The notes below the pieces were generated by a model, which was not told the origin of the DNA, searched no databases, and saw only the letters and a program-made list of their open reading frames with translations. From Candidatus Methylomirabilia bacterium (GTDB lineage: Bacteria > Methylomirabilota > Methylomirabilia > Rokubacteriales > CSP1-6): a stretch of 64,000 nt of DNA. This document shows, piece after piece, positions 47,900 through 57,740 of this stretch. Made by a program: the position numbers and the translations under genes. Location: positions 15,072 through 79,071 of the forward strand of contig JBHIBG010000007.1 in assembly GCA_046758965.1 (NCBI GenBank), read 5' to 3'. The stretch's first letter is position 1. Every line of letters begins with the position of its first letter.

Positions 47900-48015
47900 T
47901 ATGGCACAGCAGGGCCCCGTATCCAACCTCGGGTTGATTCCTGCCGGAGCGTGGCAGAATTGTTCAGCTCCGGGTATACTAGGGCGACCAGCACTCTGTT
48001 CACCGGAGGAGCGCC

Positions 48016-49185
48016 GTGGACTTCGCCTTCACTGAGCAGCAGGAGATGATCCGAAAGGAGGTGTCGGCCCTCGCCCGCTCCTTCTCCTGGGACTACTGGC
48101 TGGAGAAGGACCGGAAAGCCGAATACCCGAAGGAGTTCATCGACGCCTTTGCCCGGAACGGCTGGCTCGGGATCAGCATTCCCGAGGAGTACGGCGGATC
48201 GGGGCTCGGCGTCACCGAGGCCTCGATCCTGCTCCACGAAATCTGCGCCTCGGGGGCGGGGACCACCGGCGCCTCCCCGATCCATTTCTATGTCTTTCCC
48301 CCGATGCCGCTGATCAAGCACGGGAGTGAGGCGCTCAAGCGAAGGACGCTTCCCAAGATCGCCACGGGCGAGACCGTCATGTCCTTCGGCGTCACCGAAC
48401 CTAACGCCGGCTCTGACACCTCGCGGATCCAGACCCGCGCTGAGAAACGGGGCGATCGGTGGGTCATCAACGGACGCAAGGTCTGGAACACCAACGCTCA
48501 GCGCGCCACCAAGATCCTGCTCCTGGCCCGCACCACGCCTCGGGAGCAAACCGGGAATAGACCGTTCAAGGGGATGACGCTCTTCTTCGCCGATTTCGAC
48601 CGCTCCCGCATCACGGTGCGGGAGATCGAGAAGCTGGGGCGGGCTGCCGTGGATTCCAACGAGCTGTTCATCGAAGAGTTGGAGGTGCCGGACGACGAGG
48701 TGGTGGGCCAGGTCGGTGAAGGATTCTATCACCTGCTCGACTCGCTGAATCCCGAGCGGATCCTCACAGCCATCGAGGCCGTGGGAATCGGCAGAGCTGC
48801 CCTGGACCGGGCGGTCCAGTACGGCAAGGAGCGGATCGTCTTCGATCGGCCGATCGGGAAGAACCAGGCCATCGCTCATCCCCTGGCTCAGGCTTGGGCG
48901 AAGCTGGAAACGGCTGAGCTGATCTGCTGGAAGGCCGCCTGGCTGTACGACCAGGGGCGCCCCTGCGGAGCTGAGTGCAACGCCGCCAAGCTCATGGCGG
49001 CCGAGGCCGGGTTCGAGGCCTGCGATACGGCGCTCCAGACCTTCGGTGGCTTCGGGTACGCGAAGGAGTTCTACGTGGAGCGGCTCTGGCGCGAGGTCCG
49101 CCTTTACAAGATCGCCCCGATCTCCCAAGGAATGGTGCTCAACTATCTCTCCGAGCACGTTCTGGGCTTGCCCCGCTCGTACTGA
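48016..49185 (+). CDS. Acyl-CoA dehydrogenase
   Basis: PEEYGGSG, TEPNAGSD, INGRKVW, FGGFGYAKE..VER. Confidence 0.92.
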   Translation: MDFAFTEQQEMIRKEVSALARSFSWDYWLEKDRKAEYPKEFIDAFARNGWLGISIPEEYGGSGLGVTEASILLHEICASGAGTTGASPIHFYVFPPMPLIKHGSEALKRRTLPKIATGETVMSFGVTEPNAGSDTSRIQTRAEKRGDRWVINGRKVWNTNAQRATKILLLARTTPREQTGNRPFKGMTLFFADFDRSRITVREIEKLGRAAVDSNELFIEELEVPDDEVVGQVGEGFYHLLDSLNPERILTAIEAVGIGRAALDRAVQYGKERIVFDRPIGKNQAIAHPLAQAWAKLETAELICWKAAWLYDQGRPCGAECNAAKLMAAEAGFEACDTALQTFGGFGYAKEFYVERLWREVRLYKIAPISQGMVLNYLSEHVLGLPRSY

Positions 49186-49450
49186 TCGCTAAGGCCGCTT
49201 CCTCGGAAGGGAGACAGGTTCTCCTGAGCGTGCTCCCGGGCGCCCGAGAGAGTCGCTCAGAAGCCCCTCGCTCGGGGACGCGGAGATGACCCTGTGTCGG
49301 ATTCTGCACGAGGCGAATACCATGCCCCTTGGTGACTCCGTCCGCATCCCGACCGCGTCGCCGTCAGGTCGATGAGGGAGACGGCGACTTCCTGGGGAGC
49401 GGATCCAGCCCGAAGCGGGCTCCGAGGGGCATGATGAGAGGAGGCTTCCA

Positions 49451-50236
49451 GTGAGCTATACGGACATCCTATACGAGGTGCGCGACCACGTGGCTCGGAT
49501 TACGATCAATCGGCCAAAGCAGTACAATGCCTTCACCGGCCACACCCTGAAGGAGATGACGTTGGCCGTGGAGGCCGCCGGCGCCGACGACGAAGTCGGG
49601 GTCATCGTGCTGACCGGGGCCGGGACCAAGGCCTTCTGCGCCGGGGGGGACGTGAACTGGGAGAGGGAGGGCGGGCTCGAGCGGCAAGCGCTGGAGCCCT
49701 ACCTCTTCCACGTCACGCTCTCTCGCTGCCTTAAGCCCATCATCGCCCGGGTGAACGGCTACGCGATCGGCGGCGGGAACCACATTGCCTACTTCTGTGA
49801 CTTCACCATTGCCGCCGAGCACGCCATCTTCGGCCAGAACGGTCCCCGTGTCGGGAGCCCGGCCAGCGGCGCCATCGTGAGTTACCTGAGCCGCGTGGTG
49901 GGGGCCAAGCGCGCCCGCGAGATCTGGATGCTCTGCCGCCGGTATACCGCTCGCCAGGCGCTGGAGATGGGGCTCGCGAACGCGGTGGTCCCGTCCGAGA
50001 CGCTCGACGAGGAGGTGGACCGTTGGTGCCAGGAGCTCCTGGCCCTCTCCCCCACCTGCCTCAAGATCCTCAAGGCATCGTTCGTGGAGGAGTTCAGTTC
50101 CCTCTTCGGGCAAGGGGACCAACTCCGCCGCTACATGACCTCCCGGGAGTTCTGGGAGGAGGAACAGCAGGAGGGAGCTCGGGCCTTCCTCGAGAAGCGC
50201 CCGCCGGACTTTTCGCGGTTTCGCCGTGGGCGATAA
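49451..50236 (+). CDS. Crotonase family protein, MenB/BadI-like
   Basis: INRPKQYNAF, AFCAGGD, GYAIGGG, FGQNGPRVGS, AREIWMLCRRY. Confidence 0.8.
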   Translation: MSYTDILYEVRDHVARITINRPKQYNAFTGHTLKEMTLAVEAAGADDEVGVIVLTGAGTKAFCAGGDVNWEREGGLERQALEPYLFHVTLSRCLKPIIARVNGYAIGGGNHIAYFCDFTIAAEHAIFGQNGPRVGSPASGAIVSYLSRVVGAKRAREIWMLCRRYTARQALEMGLANAVVPSETLDEEVDRWCQELLALSPTCLKILKASFVEEFSSLFGQGDQLRRYMTSREFWEEEQQEGARAFLEKRPPDFSRFRRGR

Positions 50237-50265
50237 CAGGGGCGGTTACCGCGGAGGAGAAAGCC

Positions 50266-51024
50266 ATGAAGCTCAAGGATCGGGTGGCAGTCGTGACGGC
50301 AGCCGCTGGAGCGGGGATCGGCCAGGCGGTGGCACGGAAGTTCGCGGAAGAGGGGGCTCAGGTCGTGATCTCCGACGCCCACGCCAGGCGGGTTCAGGAG
50401 GTGGCCGCGGAGATGTCGAAGGACTACGGCCGCGAAGTGCCGGCCTACGCCGTGGACGTGACCCGGCGGGAGCAGGTGGAGGCGATGGTTGCCGGTGCCC
50501 TCGAACGATTCGGCCGGATCGACGTCCTTTTCAATAACGCCGGCATCAACAAGCTGGAACCGGTGTGGGAGATGTCCGACGAGACGTGGCATTTGGTGCT
50601 GGGCGTCTGCCTCACCGGGACCTTTTACGTGACCCGCGCCGTTCTCCCGCACATGATCAGACAGAAAAAGGGGGCGATCGTCAATATGGCGTCGGTGGCG
50701 GGGTGGATCGCCTCGGGCGACGGGCAGGCACACTACTGCGCGGCCAAGGCAGGGGTGATGGCCTTTACGCGCTCGGTGGCGGCGGAGGCGGGGAAGTTCG
50801 GGGTCCGGGCCAACGCGATCGCGCCGGGCGTCATCTACAACGAGTTCCTGAACCGGATCTATCCCGCGCGCTACTTCGAAGAGCGGAGGACTCGGGCGAT
50901 CCTGGAGCGTCTAGGTGAGCCGACCGAGGTGGCGAGCCTCGCGCTCTTCCTCGCCTCGGATGACTCCGCGTACATGACCGGCGAGGCGTTCTGTATCTCC
51001 GGCGGCTCCTACGTGAGGGGCTGA
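50266..51024 (+). CDS. SDR family oxidoreductase
   Basis: VTAAAGAGIG, NNAG, YCAAK. Confidence 0.9.
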   Translation: MKLKDRVAVVTAAAGAGIGQAVARKFAEEGAQVVISDAHARRVQEVAAEMSKDYGREVPAYAVDVTRREQVEAMVAGALERFGRIDVLFNNAGINKLEPVWEMSDETWHLVLGVCLTGTFYVTRAVLPHMIRQKKGAIVNMASVAGWIASGDGQAHYCAAKAGVMAFTRSVAAEAGKFGVRANAIAPGVIYNEFLNRIYPARYFEERRTRAILERLGEPTEVASLALFLASDDSAYMTGEAFCISGGSYVRG

Positions 51025-51148
51025 CCGGTCATCACCTCCGTTCGTCCCACGCGCTCTCGCTGCCCGAAGCCCATCGTGAACAGACCGTCGGCCGCAAGCC
51101 AACGGGGGCTCCGAGGCGGCGGCCCCCTTTCAGGCCCCTCAACGGGTG

Positions 51149-51176
51149 TTGAGACTGCTTTCCAAACGCCTATAAT
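51149..51176 (+). promoter_or_regulatory. Putative sigma70 promoter of rel
   Basis: TTGAGA, 16 nt, TATAAT. Confidence 0.5.
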
Positions 51177-51209
51177 GGTGGCAGAATGGGAAGATAAGGG
51201 CAGATCGCC

Positions 51210-53366
51210 GTGACCAAGCTCCAGAGCCTGATCGAGGAGATTCCGAAGTATCAGCCGGGCGCGGACCTGGACTTGCTCACGCACGCGTTCCGCTTCTCGG
51301 AGCTTTCCCATCAGGGCCAACAGCGAGCCTCCGGAGAGCCCTATCTCTCTCACCCGCTGGAGGTGGCCAGCCTGCTGGTCAGATTCAGGATGGACGTCAC
51401 CACGGTGACGGCCGGCCTGCTCCACGACGTCTTGGAGGATACCGGCACCACCAAGGAGGACCTGGTCCGGGAGTTCGGCCCGGAGATCGCGGAGCTGGTG
51501 GACGGGGTGACCAAGATCGGCAAGCTGGCGTTCGCCTCCCGAGAGGAACGGCAGGCCGAGAACTTCCGCAAGATGCTGGTCGCCATGGCCCGCGACATCC
51601 GGGTGCTGGTGGTCAAGCTGGCCGACCGGCTCCACAATATGCGCACGCTCCACTACTTGCCTCCTGCTAGGGCGCGACGGGTCGCCCAGGAAACGTTCGC
51701 GATATACGCCCCGCTGGCCCACCGGCTGGGTATGGCCCAGGTTAAGGCGGAGCTCGAGGACCTTGCCCTCAAGGTACTCCACCCCGAAGACTACGAGGAT
51801 CTCCAGCGGAGGGTCGCCAAGCGGCGCCTGGAGCGAGAGGCGGAGATCAATCGGGTCATCGCCATTCTGGAGAGGAAGCTGGGGGAGGTGGGGATCGAGG
51901 CACAGATTCAGGGGCGACCCAAGCACTTCTACTCCATCTGGAAGAAGATGCACGAGCAGGGGCGTGAGTTTGACGAGATCTATGACCTGACGGCGGTCCG
52001 GGTGCTGGTCAACTCCGTGCGGGAGTGCTACGGGACGCTCGGGGTGCTCCACTCGCTCTGGAAGCCGGTGCCGGGGCGGTTCAGGGACTTCATCGCCATG
52101 CCGAAGGTCAACATGTACCAGTCGCTCCACACCACGGTCATCGGCCCCACGGGCGACCCGGTGGAGATCCAGATCCGCACGTGGGAGATGCACCGGGTGG
52201 CCGAGGAGGGGATCGCGGCGCACTGGCGCTACAAAGAGCGGAAGAGCGAGACGGACAAGTTCGATCAGACGTTCGTCTGGCTGCGCCAGCTCATGGAGTG
52301 GCAGCAGGAGATGAAGGACCCGGGGGAGTTCATGGACTCAGTCCAGTTCGACCTCTTCCCCGACGAGGTGTACGTCTTTACCCCCAAGGGCGACGTGAAG
52401 GCGCTCGCCGAGAGCTCCACGCCCGTCGACTTCGCGTACGCCGTCCACACCGAGATAGGGCACCACTGCATGGGGGCCAAGGTCAACGGCAAGCTGGTCC
52501 CCCTTCGCTACACCCTCCGGCAGGGCGACATCGTCGAGATTCTCACCTCGTCCGGCCAGCACCCGAGCCGCGACTGGCTCAAGATCGTCAAGTCCTCCCG
52601 CGCCCGCTCCAAGATCAAGCAGTGGCTCAAAGGCGAGGAGCGGGTGCGCTCATTGAGCCTGGGCCGGGAGATCTTTGAGCGGGAGGCTCGGAAGTATCGT
52701 CTCTCCTCCACGCAGCTGTTGGACTCTGAGGCTCTCCCGAAGCTCCTCGCCGACCTTGGCTTGTCCACTCCGGATGACCTCCTGGCCTCCATCGGGTACG
52801 GTAAGACTTCGGCCCAGCAGGTGCTCGGCAAGTTGGCCCCCACCGAGGTCCTCGAGACCGAGCGGGGCGCCGCCGCCGCGCGGCAGAAGGCCACCAGGCC
52901 CAGTTCGACGGGAGAAGGGGGCGTCAAGATCCGGGGCGTGGAGGATCTACTGGTCCGCTTTGCCCGCTGTTGCGGACCGGTTCCCGGAGATGCCATCGTC
53001 GGGTTCATCACGCGCGGCCGCGGCCTGACCGTCCACACGACGGACTGCCTCACCGTGACCCAGGGGATGCTGGGGCGGGAGCGGCTCGTGAGCGTAGAGT
53101 GGGAAGTGGCCGGCCCCGTGCTCCGCCCGGTGAAGATCGCCGTCTACATCGGGCGCGACCGTCCGGGGCTCTTGGCCGAGATCACCGGCGCGATCTCCAC
53201 TCGCCGAGGAAACATCACCAAGGCTGAGGTCACCGTCACCGAGGACCGCAAAGGCATTAACCGGTTCGTGGTGGAGGTGGCCGACCTGACCCAGCTTCAG
53301 GAGATCATGCAGGGCATCCGCGCGGTGAGCGGCGTCATCAACGTGGAGCGCTTGCCGGGGCTCTAG
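51210..53366 (+). CDS. relA: Bifunctional (p)ppGpp synthetase/hydrolase (long RSH)
   Basis: HD motif LLHDVLEDT, KLADRLHNMR, YQSLHT, EIQIRT, TGS domain DFAYAVHT, C-terminal ACT. Confidence 0.95.
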   Translation: MTKLQSLIEEIPKYQPGADLDLLTHAFRFSELSHQGQQRASGEPYLSHPLEVASLLVRFRMDVTTVTAGLLHDVLEDTGTTKEDLVREFGPEIAELVDGVTKIGKLAFASREERQAENFRKMLVAMARDIRVLVVKLADRLHNMRTLHYLPPARARRVAQETFAIYAPLAHRLGMAQVKAELEDLALKVLHPEDYEDLQRRVAKRRLEREAEINRVIAILERKLGEVGIEAQIQGRPKHFYSIWKKMHEQGREFDEIYDLTAVRVLVNSVRECYGTLGVLHSLWKPVPGRFRDFIAMPKVNMYQSLHTTVIGPTGDPVEIQIRTWEMHRVAEEGIAAHWRYKERKSETDKFDQTFVWLRQLMEWQQEMKDPGEFMDSVQFDLFPDEVYVFTPKGDVKALAESSTPVDFAYAVHTEIGHHCMGAKVNGKLVPLRYTLRQGDIVEILTSSGQHPSRDWLKIVKSSRARSKIKQWLKGEERVRSLSLGREIFEREARKYRLSSTQLLDSEALPKLLADLGLSTPDDLLASIGYGKTSAQQVLGKLAPTEVLETERGAAAARQKATRPSSTGEGGVKIRGVEDLLVRFARCCGPVPGDAIVGFITRGRGLTVHTTDCLTVTQGMLGRERLVSVEWEVAGPVLRPVKIAVYIGRDRPGLLAEITGAISTRRGNITKAEVTVTEDRKGINRFVVEVADLTQLQEIMQGIRAVSGVINVERLPGL

Positions 53367-53389
53367 CCGCGCCCACACGTTGGAGCAGC

Positions 53390-53755
53390 GTGACCCGAGA
53401 GGCGTTCGAGTCCCTAGTCGAGTCCGCCCTCAAGTCTCTGCCGCGTCGCTTCAAGCGGATGCTCAAGAACGTCGCTGTCGTCGTGGAAGACTGGCCTGAC
53501 GCGGCCACCCTCGAGGAGATGAGGATCGAGCCTCCCGACACGCTCTACGGCCTCTACCGGGGGGTGGATCTCCCCCGGCGCGGCTCCTCCTATGCCAACA
53601 CACTTCCGGACACCATCACCATCTACCAGCAGCCGATTGAGCATGACTGCGCCGACGAAAGCGAAATGGCTGAGCTAGTCCGGGAGGTGGTGGTGCATGA
53701 GATCGGCCACTACTTCGGCCTCGATGACGAGCGGATGGAGGAGCTGGAGTCGTGA
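53390..53755 (+). CDS. Zincin-like metallopeptidase family protein
   Basis: LYGLYRG, PDTITIY, HEIGHYFG. Confidence 0.88.
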   Translation: MTREAFESLVESALKSLPRRFKRMLKNVAVVVEDWPDAATLEEMRIEPPDTLYGLYRGVDLPRRGSSYANTLPDTITIYQQPIEHDCADESEMAELVREVVVHEIGHYFGLDDERMEELES

Positions 53756-53874
53756 GGCAGAGCGATCGGACCTGCGTTCGTTCTGCCCGTCGCTGAGGCA
53801 TCTCTGAACCTCCGTTTGTGGTCTCACATTTCACAGAAACTCAAACTGCACATCAGACCCAAAATCTTTTTTGC

Positions 53875-53920
53875 TTGACAAGGCTTTCATTTTTTCTTAA
53901 TGTTTCAGCAAATGCTGAAA
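53875..53920 (+). promoter_or_regulatory. Sigma70 promoter with perfect palindromic operator
   Basis: TTGACA (53875-80), 17 nt, TAATGT (53898-903); TTTCAGCA-AA-TGCTGAAA (53903-53920); AT-rich upstream. Confidence 0.7.
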
Positions 53921-53940
53921 GACGCGGTGCAAGTGAAACG

Positions 53941-54987
53941 ATGCTTCACGCCAAGGAAATCCGGCGTATGGCGGCTCAACGGCTCCGGGAGATCTTTCCG
54001 AAGGCGAAGTCGTGGGAGGAAGTGGCTGACAGCCGAGTCGGAAGCCAACCGGCTGATCTCATAGTGAAATTCCAAATGGGCCAGGTCGATCATACGCTGG
54101 TGCTGGAAGTAACAGGACTCGGTCAGCCCAAGCAGATTAGAGAAGCGATTACGCGGCTGAGCGAGATTCGACGCGAGCTCCCCGGAGCTTACCCGGTTGC
54201 CGTCTCTGGCTATATCAGCCCCCAGAGCGCCGCAATCCTGCGGCAAAACGGTCTCGGCCACCTCGACCTGTCCGGAAACTGCTATCTGGCCTTGGAGAAC
54301 GTCCTGATCGAGAAGGAGGGGAAACCGAACCTCCGCCCCTCTACCCACCCCCTCAAGTCGCTCTTCGCGTCCCGGGCCACCCGGGTGGCGCGCGTGCTCC
54401 TGGTCCATCCCCTTCGCAACTGGCGACTCGAGGAGCTGGCACAGGCGGCCGGCGTGAGCTTGGGGCATGCGCACAACGTGGTGAAGCGGCTGGAAGAGCT
54501 GTCATGGGCGGAGCGCGGTGAACAGCAGCGCATCCGCCTGGGCAAACCTGCCGACCTCCTGGAGGCCTGGTGCGACGCCTATACCTATCGCCAGAACGGG
54601 CTGACCACGTACTTCTCACCGGAGCGAATTACGCGAAAGCTCATGAGTGAGATCGCCCGGGTTGCTCAAGCCGATGGCAGACGCTATGCGTTCACCCTCC
54701 ATTCGGGAGCGGCGCTGGTGGCTCCCAACGTCCGCTTCCCTGCCATTTACTGCTACGTGGAGGGCGACTCTGACGGCCTGGCCCGATCCCTGGGCTTCCG
54801 GCCGGGAGAGCGTGAAGGGAATCTGCACCTCCTGGCTCCGTACGACCAGGGGGTGTTCTATGACCCCCTTGAGAAAGGGGGCCTTGCGGTGGTGTGCCTG
54901 CCCCAGCTCTACGTGGACCTCTACCACTACGAGCGGCGTGGCAAGGAGCAGGCCGAATACTTGCGCCGGCAGGCTATTGGGTACTGA
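53941..54987 (+). CDS. AbiEi-like (type IV TA antitoxin-type) HTH protein
   Basis: YISP..L..G.GHLDLSGNC, wHTH EELAQAAGVSLGHAHNVVKRL, LLEAW..Y, GNLHLLAPYD.GV, QLYVDL..RGKEQAE. Confidence 0.7.
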   Translation: MLHAKEIRRMAAQRLREIFPKAKSWEEVADSRVGSQPADLIVKFQMGQVDHTLVLEVTGLGQPKQIREAITRLSEIRRELPGAYPVAVSGYISPQSAAILRQNGLGHLDLSGNCYLALENVLIEKEGKPNLRPSTHPLKSLFASRATRVARVLLVHPLRNWRLEELAQAAGVSLGHAHNVVKRLEELSWAERGEQQRIRLGKPADLLEAWCDAYTYRQNGLTTYFSPERITRKLMSEIARVAQADGRRYAFTLHSGAALVAPNVRFPAIYCYVEGDSDGLARSLGFRPGEREGNLHLLAPYDQGVFYDPLEKGGLAVVCLPQLYVDLYHYERRGKEQAEYLRRQAIGY

Positions 54988-55011
54988 GCCTGAAAGGGGG
55001 TGAGACCGGGT

Positions 55012-55065
55012 ATGGCCAAGAAGAAGAAGGCGGCGGCCAAGAAGACCACGAAAAAGAAGAAGTAG
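55012..55065 (+). CDS. Lys-rich micropeptide 1, MAKKKKAAAKKTTKKKK (17 aa)
   Basis: AAAGGGGGTGA SD-like element upstream of ATG; paralogous to micropeptide 2. Confidence 0.6.
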   Translation: MAKKKKAAAKKTTKKKK

Positions 55066-55066
55066 A

Positions 55067-55146
55067 ACCTCCCGTTCACCGAGGCCTGAGGGGGATACCC
55101 GGGGGAACGTGAGACCGGGATATCCCCCTCAGGGGGGGAAGGAGGT
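55067..55146 (+). other. Long RNA hairpin between the micro-ORFs, overlapping the SD of the second
   Basis: CCTGAGGGGGATA (55085-97) / TATCCCCCTCAGG (55121-33) perfect 13 bp, plus CCCGG/CCGGG; ACCTCC (55067-72) complementary to GGAGGT (55141-46). Confidence 0.6.
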
Positions 55147-55157
55147 GAGTGTTCATT

Positions 55158-55199
55158 ATGGCGAAGAAGAAGAAGGCGGCCAAGAAAAAGAAGCGGTAA
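55158..55199 (+). CDS. Lys-rich micropeptide 2, MAKKKKAAKKKKR (13 aa)
   Basis: AAGGAGGTGA perfect SD 9 nt before ATG; paralogous to micropeptide 1. Confidence 0.6.
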   Translation: MAKKKKAAKKKKR

Positions 55200-55210
55200 C
55201 GAAGGATGCC

Positions 55211-55269
55211 TCTCGGTGGGGGGCCCGACCCCCCACCGAGACTGACGAAGGGGGGTGTGCCACACCCCC
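55211..55269. terminator. Two GC-rich hairpins between convergent micro-ORFs and rpmB
   Basis: TCTCGGTGGGGGG-CCCGA-CCCCCCACCGAGA (55211-41) and GGGGGTGT-GCC-ACACCCCC (55251-69); no U tract. Confidence 0.5.
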
Positions 55270-55333
55270 TCACCTCATACTCTCGCCCCCCACAGGGGAC
55301 CATCCGCGCTGCAGGTCCTTCACTGCAGCGAGC

Positions 55334-55525
55334 CTAGACGATTTTGGTCACCTTCCCGGTTTTGAGGCAACGGGTGCAGATCCGAAGTCGCCGGGGGGTC
55401 CCCCCGATCAGGGCCCGGATCGAAACCAGGTTGGGCTGCCACCGCCGTTTGGTCACATTGTGGGCATGGCTGATTCGGTGGCCGACAGCCGGGCCCTTCC
55501 CGCAGAGATCACACCGCCGCGCCAT
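55334..55525 (-). CDS. rpmB: 50S ribosomal protein L28 (Cys-containing form)
   Basis: [10 protein letters not shown]...[15 protein letters not shown]...CTRCLK. Confidence 0.95.
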   Translation of the reverse strand: MARRCDLCGKGPAVGHRISHAHNVTKRRWQPNLVSIRALIGGTPRRLRICTRCLKTGKVTKIV

Positions 55526-55581
55526 GGAGGCTCCTTGCAAGCAGGAGGTCGTGGTTGCTGCGAATAGCGGCATCTTATACC

Positions 55582-57714
55582 ATGCATCCTGAGCGAGGCA
55601 AATTGTTGACGCGCTCGTGCTCGACTCCGTCCGAGACGGTCCAGGGCCTCAAGATCCCGCTTCGCTACCTCAAGGGGGTGGGGCCCCAGCGGGCGGAACT
55701 GCTCTCCCGCCTGGCTCTCCTGACCGTTGAAGATGCCCTCCTCTTCATTGCTGCTCGGCACGAGGACCGAAGCCGCCTGACCCCCTTCCGTTCACTGAAC
55801 ACCGGCGTCTCCCAGGCGTGTTCGGGAACGATCGTTCGGGTGAGCCCGGCCCCGAGGGGGAAATCCAGGCAGCCCTTCCAGGCGCTGCTTCACGATGGCT
55901 CGGGTGACCTCGCCGCGGTCTGGTTCAACCAGCCGTACCTGGAGAAGGTGCTGAAACGGGGACAGCGGCTGATCCTTTACGGGAAGGTTACCGAGTACAG
56001 GGGCGGTCCCCTCCAGATGCACCACCCCGATTTCGAGATCGTGGAGGACGATGAGGAAGAGCCGGTTCATACCGGACGCCTGGTGCCGGTGTACCACCTC
56101 ACGGAAGGGCTCGGCCAGCGGCAGCTACGCTCGCTGCTCTGGCGGGTGGTCGAGGCCTATGCCGGCGAGGCGCCCGAGACCGTGCCCGAGGCGATCCGGG
56201 CCCGACTGAAGCTCGTTCCGGTGTCGCAGGCTCTCCGGAGCATCCACTTTCCTGAAAGTCATGAGGCCCTGGAGGCTGCTCGCCGTCGCCTGGTCTTCGA
56301 GGACTTCTTCATCTTCCAGCTCGGCCTGGCGATCCGACAACACCGGGAGGGGCAGGAGCGCGGAGTCTCCATGGCGCCGCCGGGTACGCTGGTCGCCAGC
56401 CTGCGCCGGTCCCTGCCATACCCGCTAACGGCTGCCCAGGAGCGGGTATGGGAGGAGATCCGCCGGGACATGGCCCGGCCTGTCCCGATGAACCGGCTCC
56501 TCCAGGGCGATGTGGGGTCGGGGAAGACCCTGGTGGCCGTCATGGCGATGCTCGCCGCCGTTGAGGCGGGCTATCAGGCCGCACTCATGGTGCCGACCGA
56601 GATCCTGGCCGAGCAGCATTTCTTCACCCTGGCCCAGTTGCTCTCGCCGCTGGGCGTGCGCGCGACGCTCCTCACCTCCGGGGTGAGGGGAAAGGAGCGT
56701 GAGGCTCGCTTGACCGAGGTGGCGAGTGACGCCACCCCTGTGGTCGTCGGTACGCACGCGCTGATTCAGGAGGGGGTGGCGTTCCGCCGACTGGGCCTCG
56801 CCGTGGTGGACGAGCAGCATCGCTTTGGCGTGATTCAGCGCGCGAGCCTCAGGGCCAAGGGTGAGCGCCCGGACCTCCTGGTGATGACCGCCACGCCCAT
56901 CCCCCGCACCCTCGCCCTCACGCTGTACGGCGACCTGAACATCTCGGTCATTGACCAGATGCCGCCCGGCCGCCAGCCTGTCGTCACGATGCTCAGGACA
57001 GAGGCCAGCCGGAGCCGGGTCTACGCCTTCCTCAGCGAGCAGATCCGGCAGGGGCGGCAGGTCTATGTGGTCTGCCCGCTGGTGGAGGAATCGGAGGCCT
57101 TGGACCTCAAAGCTGCCACCGAGATGGCCGAGCGGTTGGCTCTCGAGATCTTCCCGCGGCGCCGGGTGGGGCTCCTCCACGGCCGGATGGGGTTCGAGGA
57201 GAAGGAGGCCGTCATGGCCGCCTTCAAGAGCGGGGAGATCGAGATTCTCGTTTCGACGACCGTGATCGAGGTCGGCATCGATGTCCCGAACGCCACGGTG
57301 ATGCTGGTGGAGCATGCCGAGCGGTTCGGCCTGGCCCAGCTCCACCAGCTCCGCGGGCGAGTGGGGCGCGGCCCCTGGAAGTCCTTCTGCATTTTGCTCC
57401 CGTCCGAAACGGCGAGCGCGGAGGCGCGTCGGCGGCTCCGCGCGATGGCGGAGAGCCAGGATGGTTTCCGGATCGCCGAGCAGGACCTGGAGCTCCGCGG
57501 CCCCGGCGAGTTCTTCGGCACCCGCCAGGCCGGGGTTCCTGAGTTTCGGGTTGCCGATCTGCTGAAGGACGCCCCGGTAATCGAGGAAGCCCGCCGGGAA
57601 GCTTTCGCCCTGGTGGGAGCCGACCCGCTTCTGGTGGCGCCCGCGCATCGAGAGCTTCGGGATGCCTTGCTCTCCCGGTGGAGGGGGAAGCTGGACCTCG
57701 CGAGCGTCGGCTAG
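55582..57714 (+). CDS. recG: ATP-dependent DNA helicase RecG (start approximate)
   Basis: LKGVGP, wedge [40 protein letters not shown]. Confidence 0.96.
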   Translation: MHPERGKLLTRSCSTPSETVQGLKIPLRYLKGVGPQRAELLSRLALLTVEDALLFIAARHEDRSRLTPFRSLNTGVSQACSGTIVRVSPAPRGKSRQPFQALLHDGSGDLAAVWFNQPYLEKVLKRGQRLILYGKVTEYRGGPLQMHHPDFEIVEDDEEEPVHTGRLVPVYHLTEGLGQRQLRSLLWRVVEAYAGEAPETVPEAIRARLKLVPVSQALRSIHFPESHEALEAARRRLVFEDFFIFQLGLAIRQHREGQERGVSMAPPGTLVASLRRSLPYPLTAAQERVWEEIRRDMARPVPMNRLLQGDVGSGKTLVAVMAMLAAVEAGYQAALMVPTEILAEQHFFTLAQLLSPLGVRATLLTSGVRGKEREARLTEVASDATPVVVGTHALIQEGVAFRRLGLAVVDEQHRFGVIQRASLRAKGERPDLLVMTATPIPRTLALTLYGDLNISVIDQMPPGRQPVVTMLRTEASRSRVYAFLSEQIRQGRQVYVVCPLVEESEALDLKAATEMAERLALEIFPRRRVGLLHGRMGFEEKEAVMAAFKSGEIEILVSTTVIEVGIDVPNATVMLVEHAERFGLAQLHQLRGRVGRGPWKSFCILLPSETASAEARRRLRAMAESQDGFRIAEQDLELRGPGEFFGTRQAGVPEFRVADLLKDAPVIEEARREAFALVGADPLLVAPAHRELRDALLSRWRGKLDLASVG

Positions 57715-57740
57715 GGGAGCGTCAGAATCGCGGAGCACGC

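Noticed and set aside
49186..49450. Possible riboswitch or gene remnant upstream of the crotonase
   Set aside because: No conserved riboswitch motif or convincing coding fragment found.
54927..55303. Minus-strand ORFs with Phe-rich hydrophobic runs (FFFFVVFLAAAFFF) resembling type I toxins
   Set aside because: They are the reverse complement of the AAG-rich micro-ORFs; the SD and start signals are on the plus strand. Not fully excluded.
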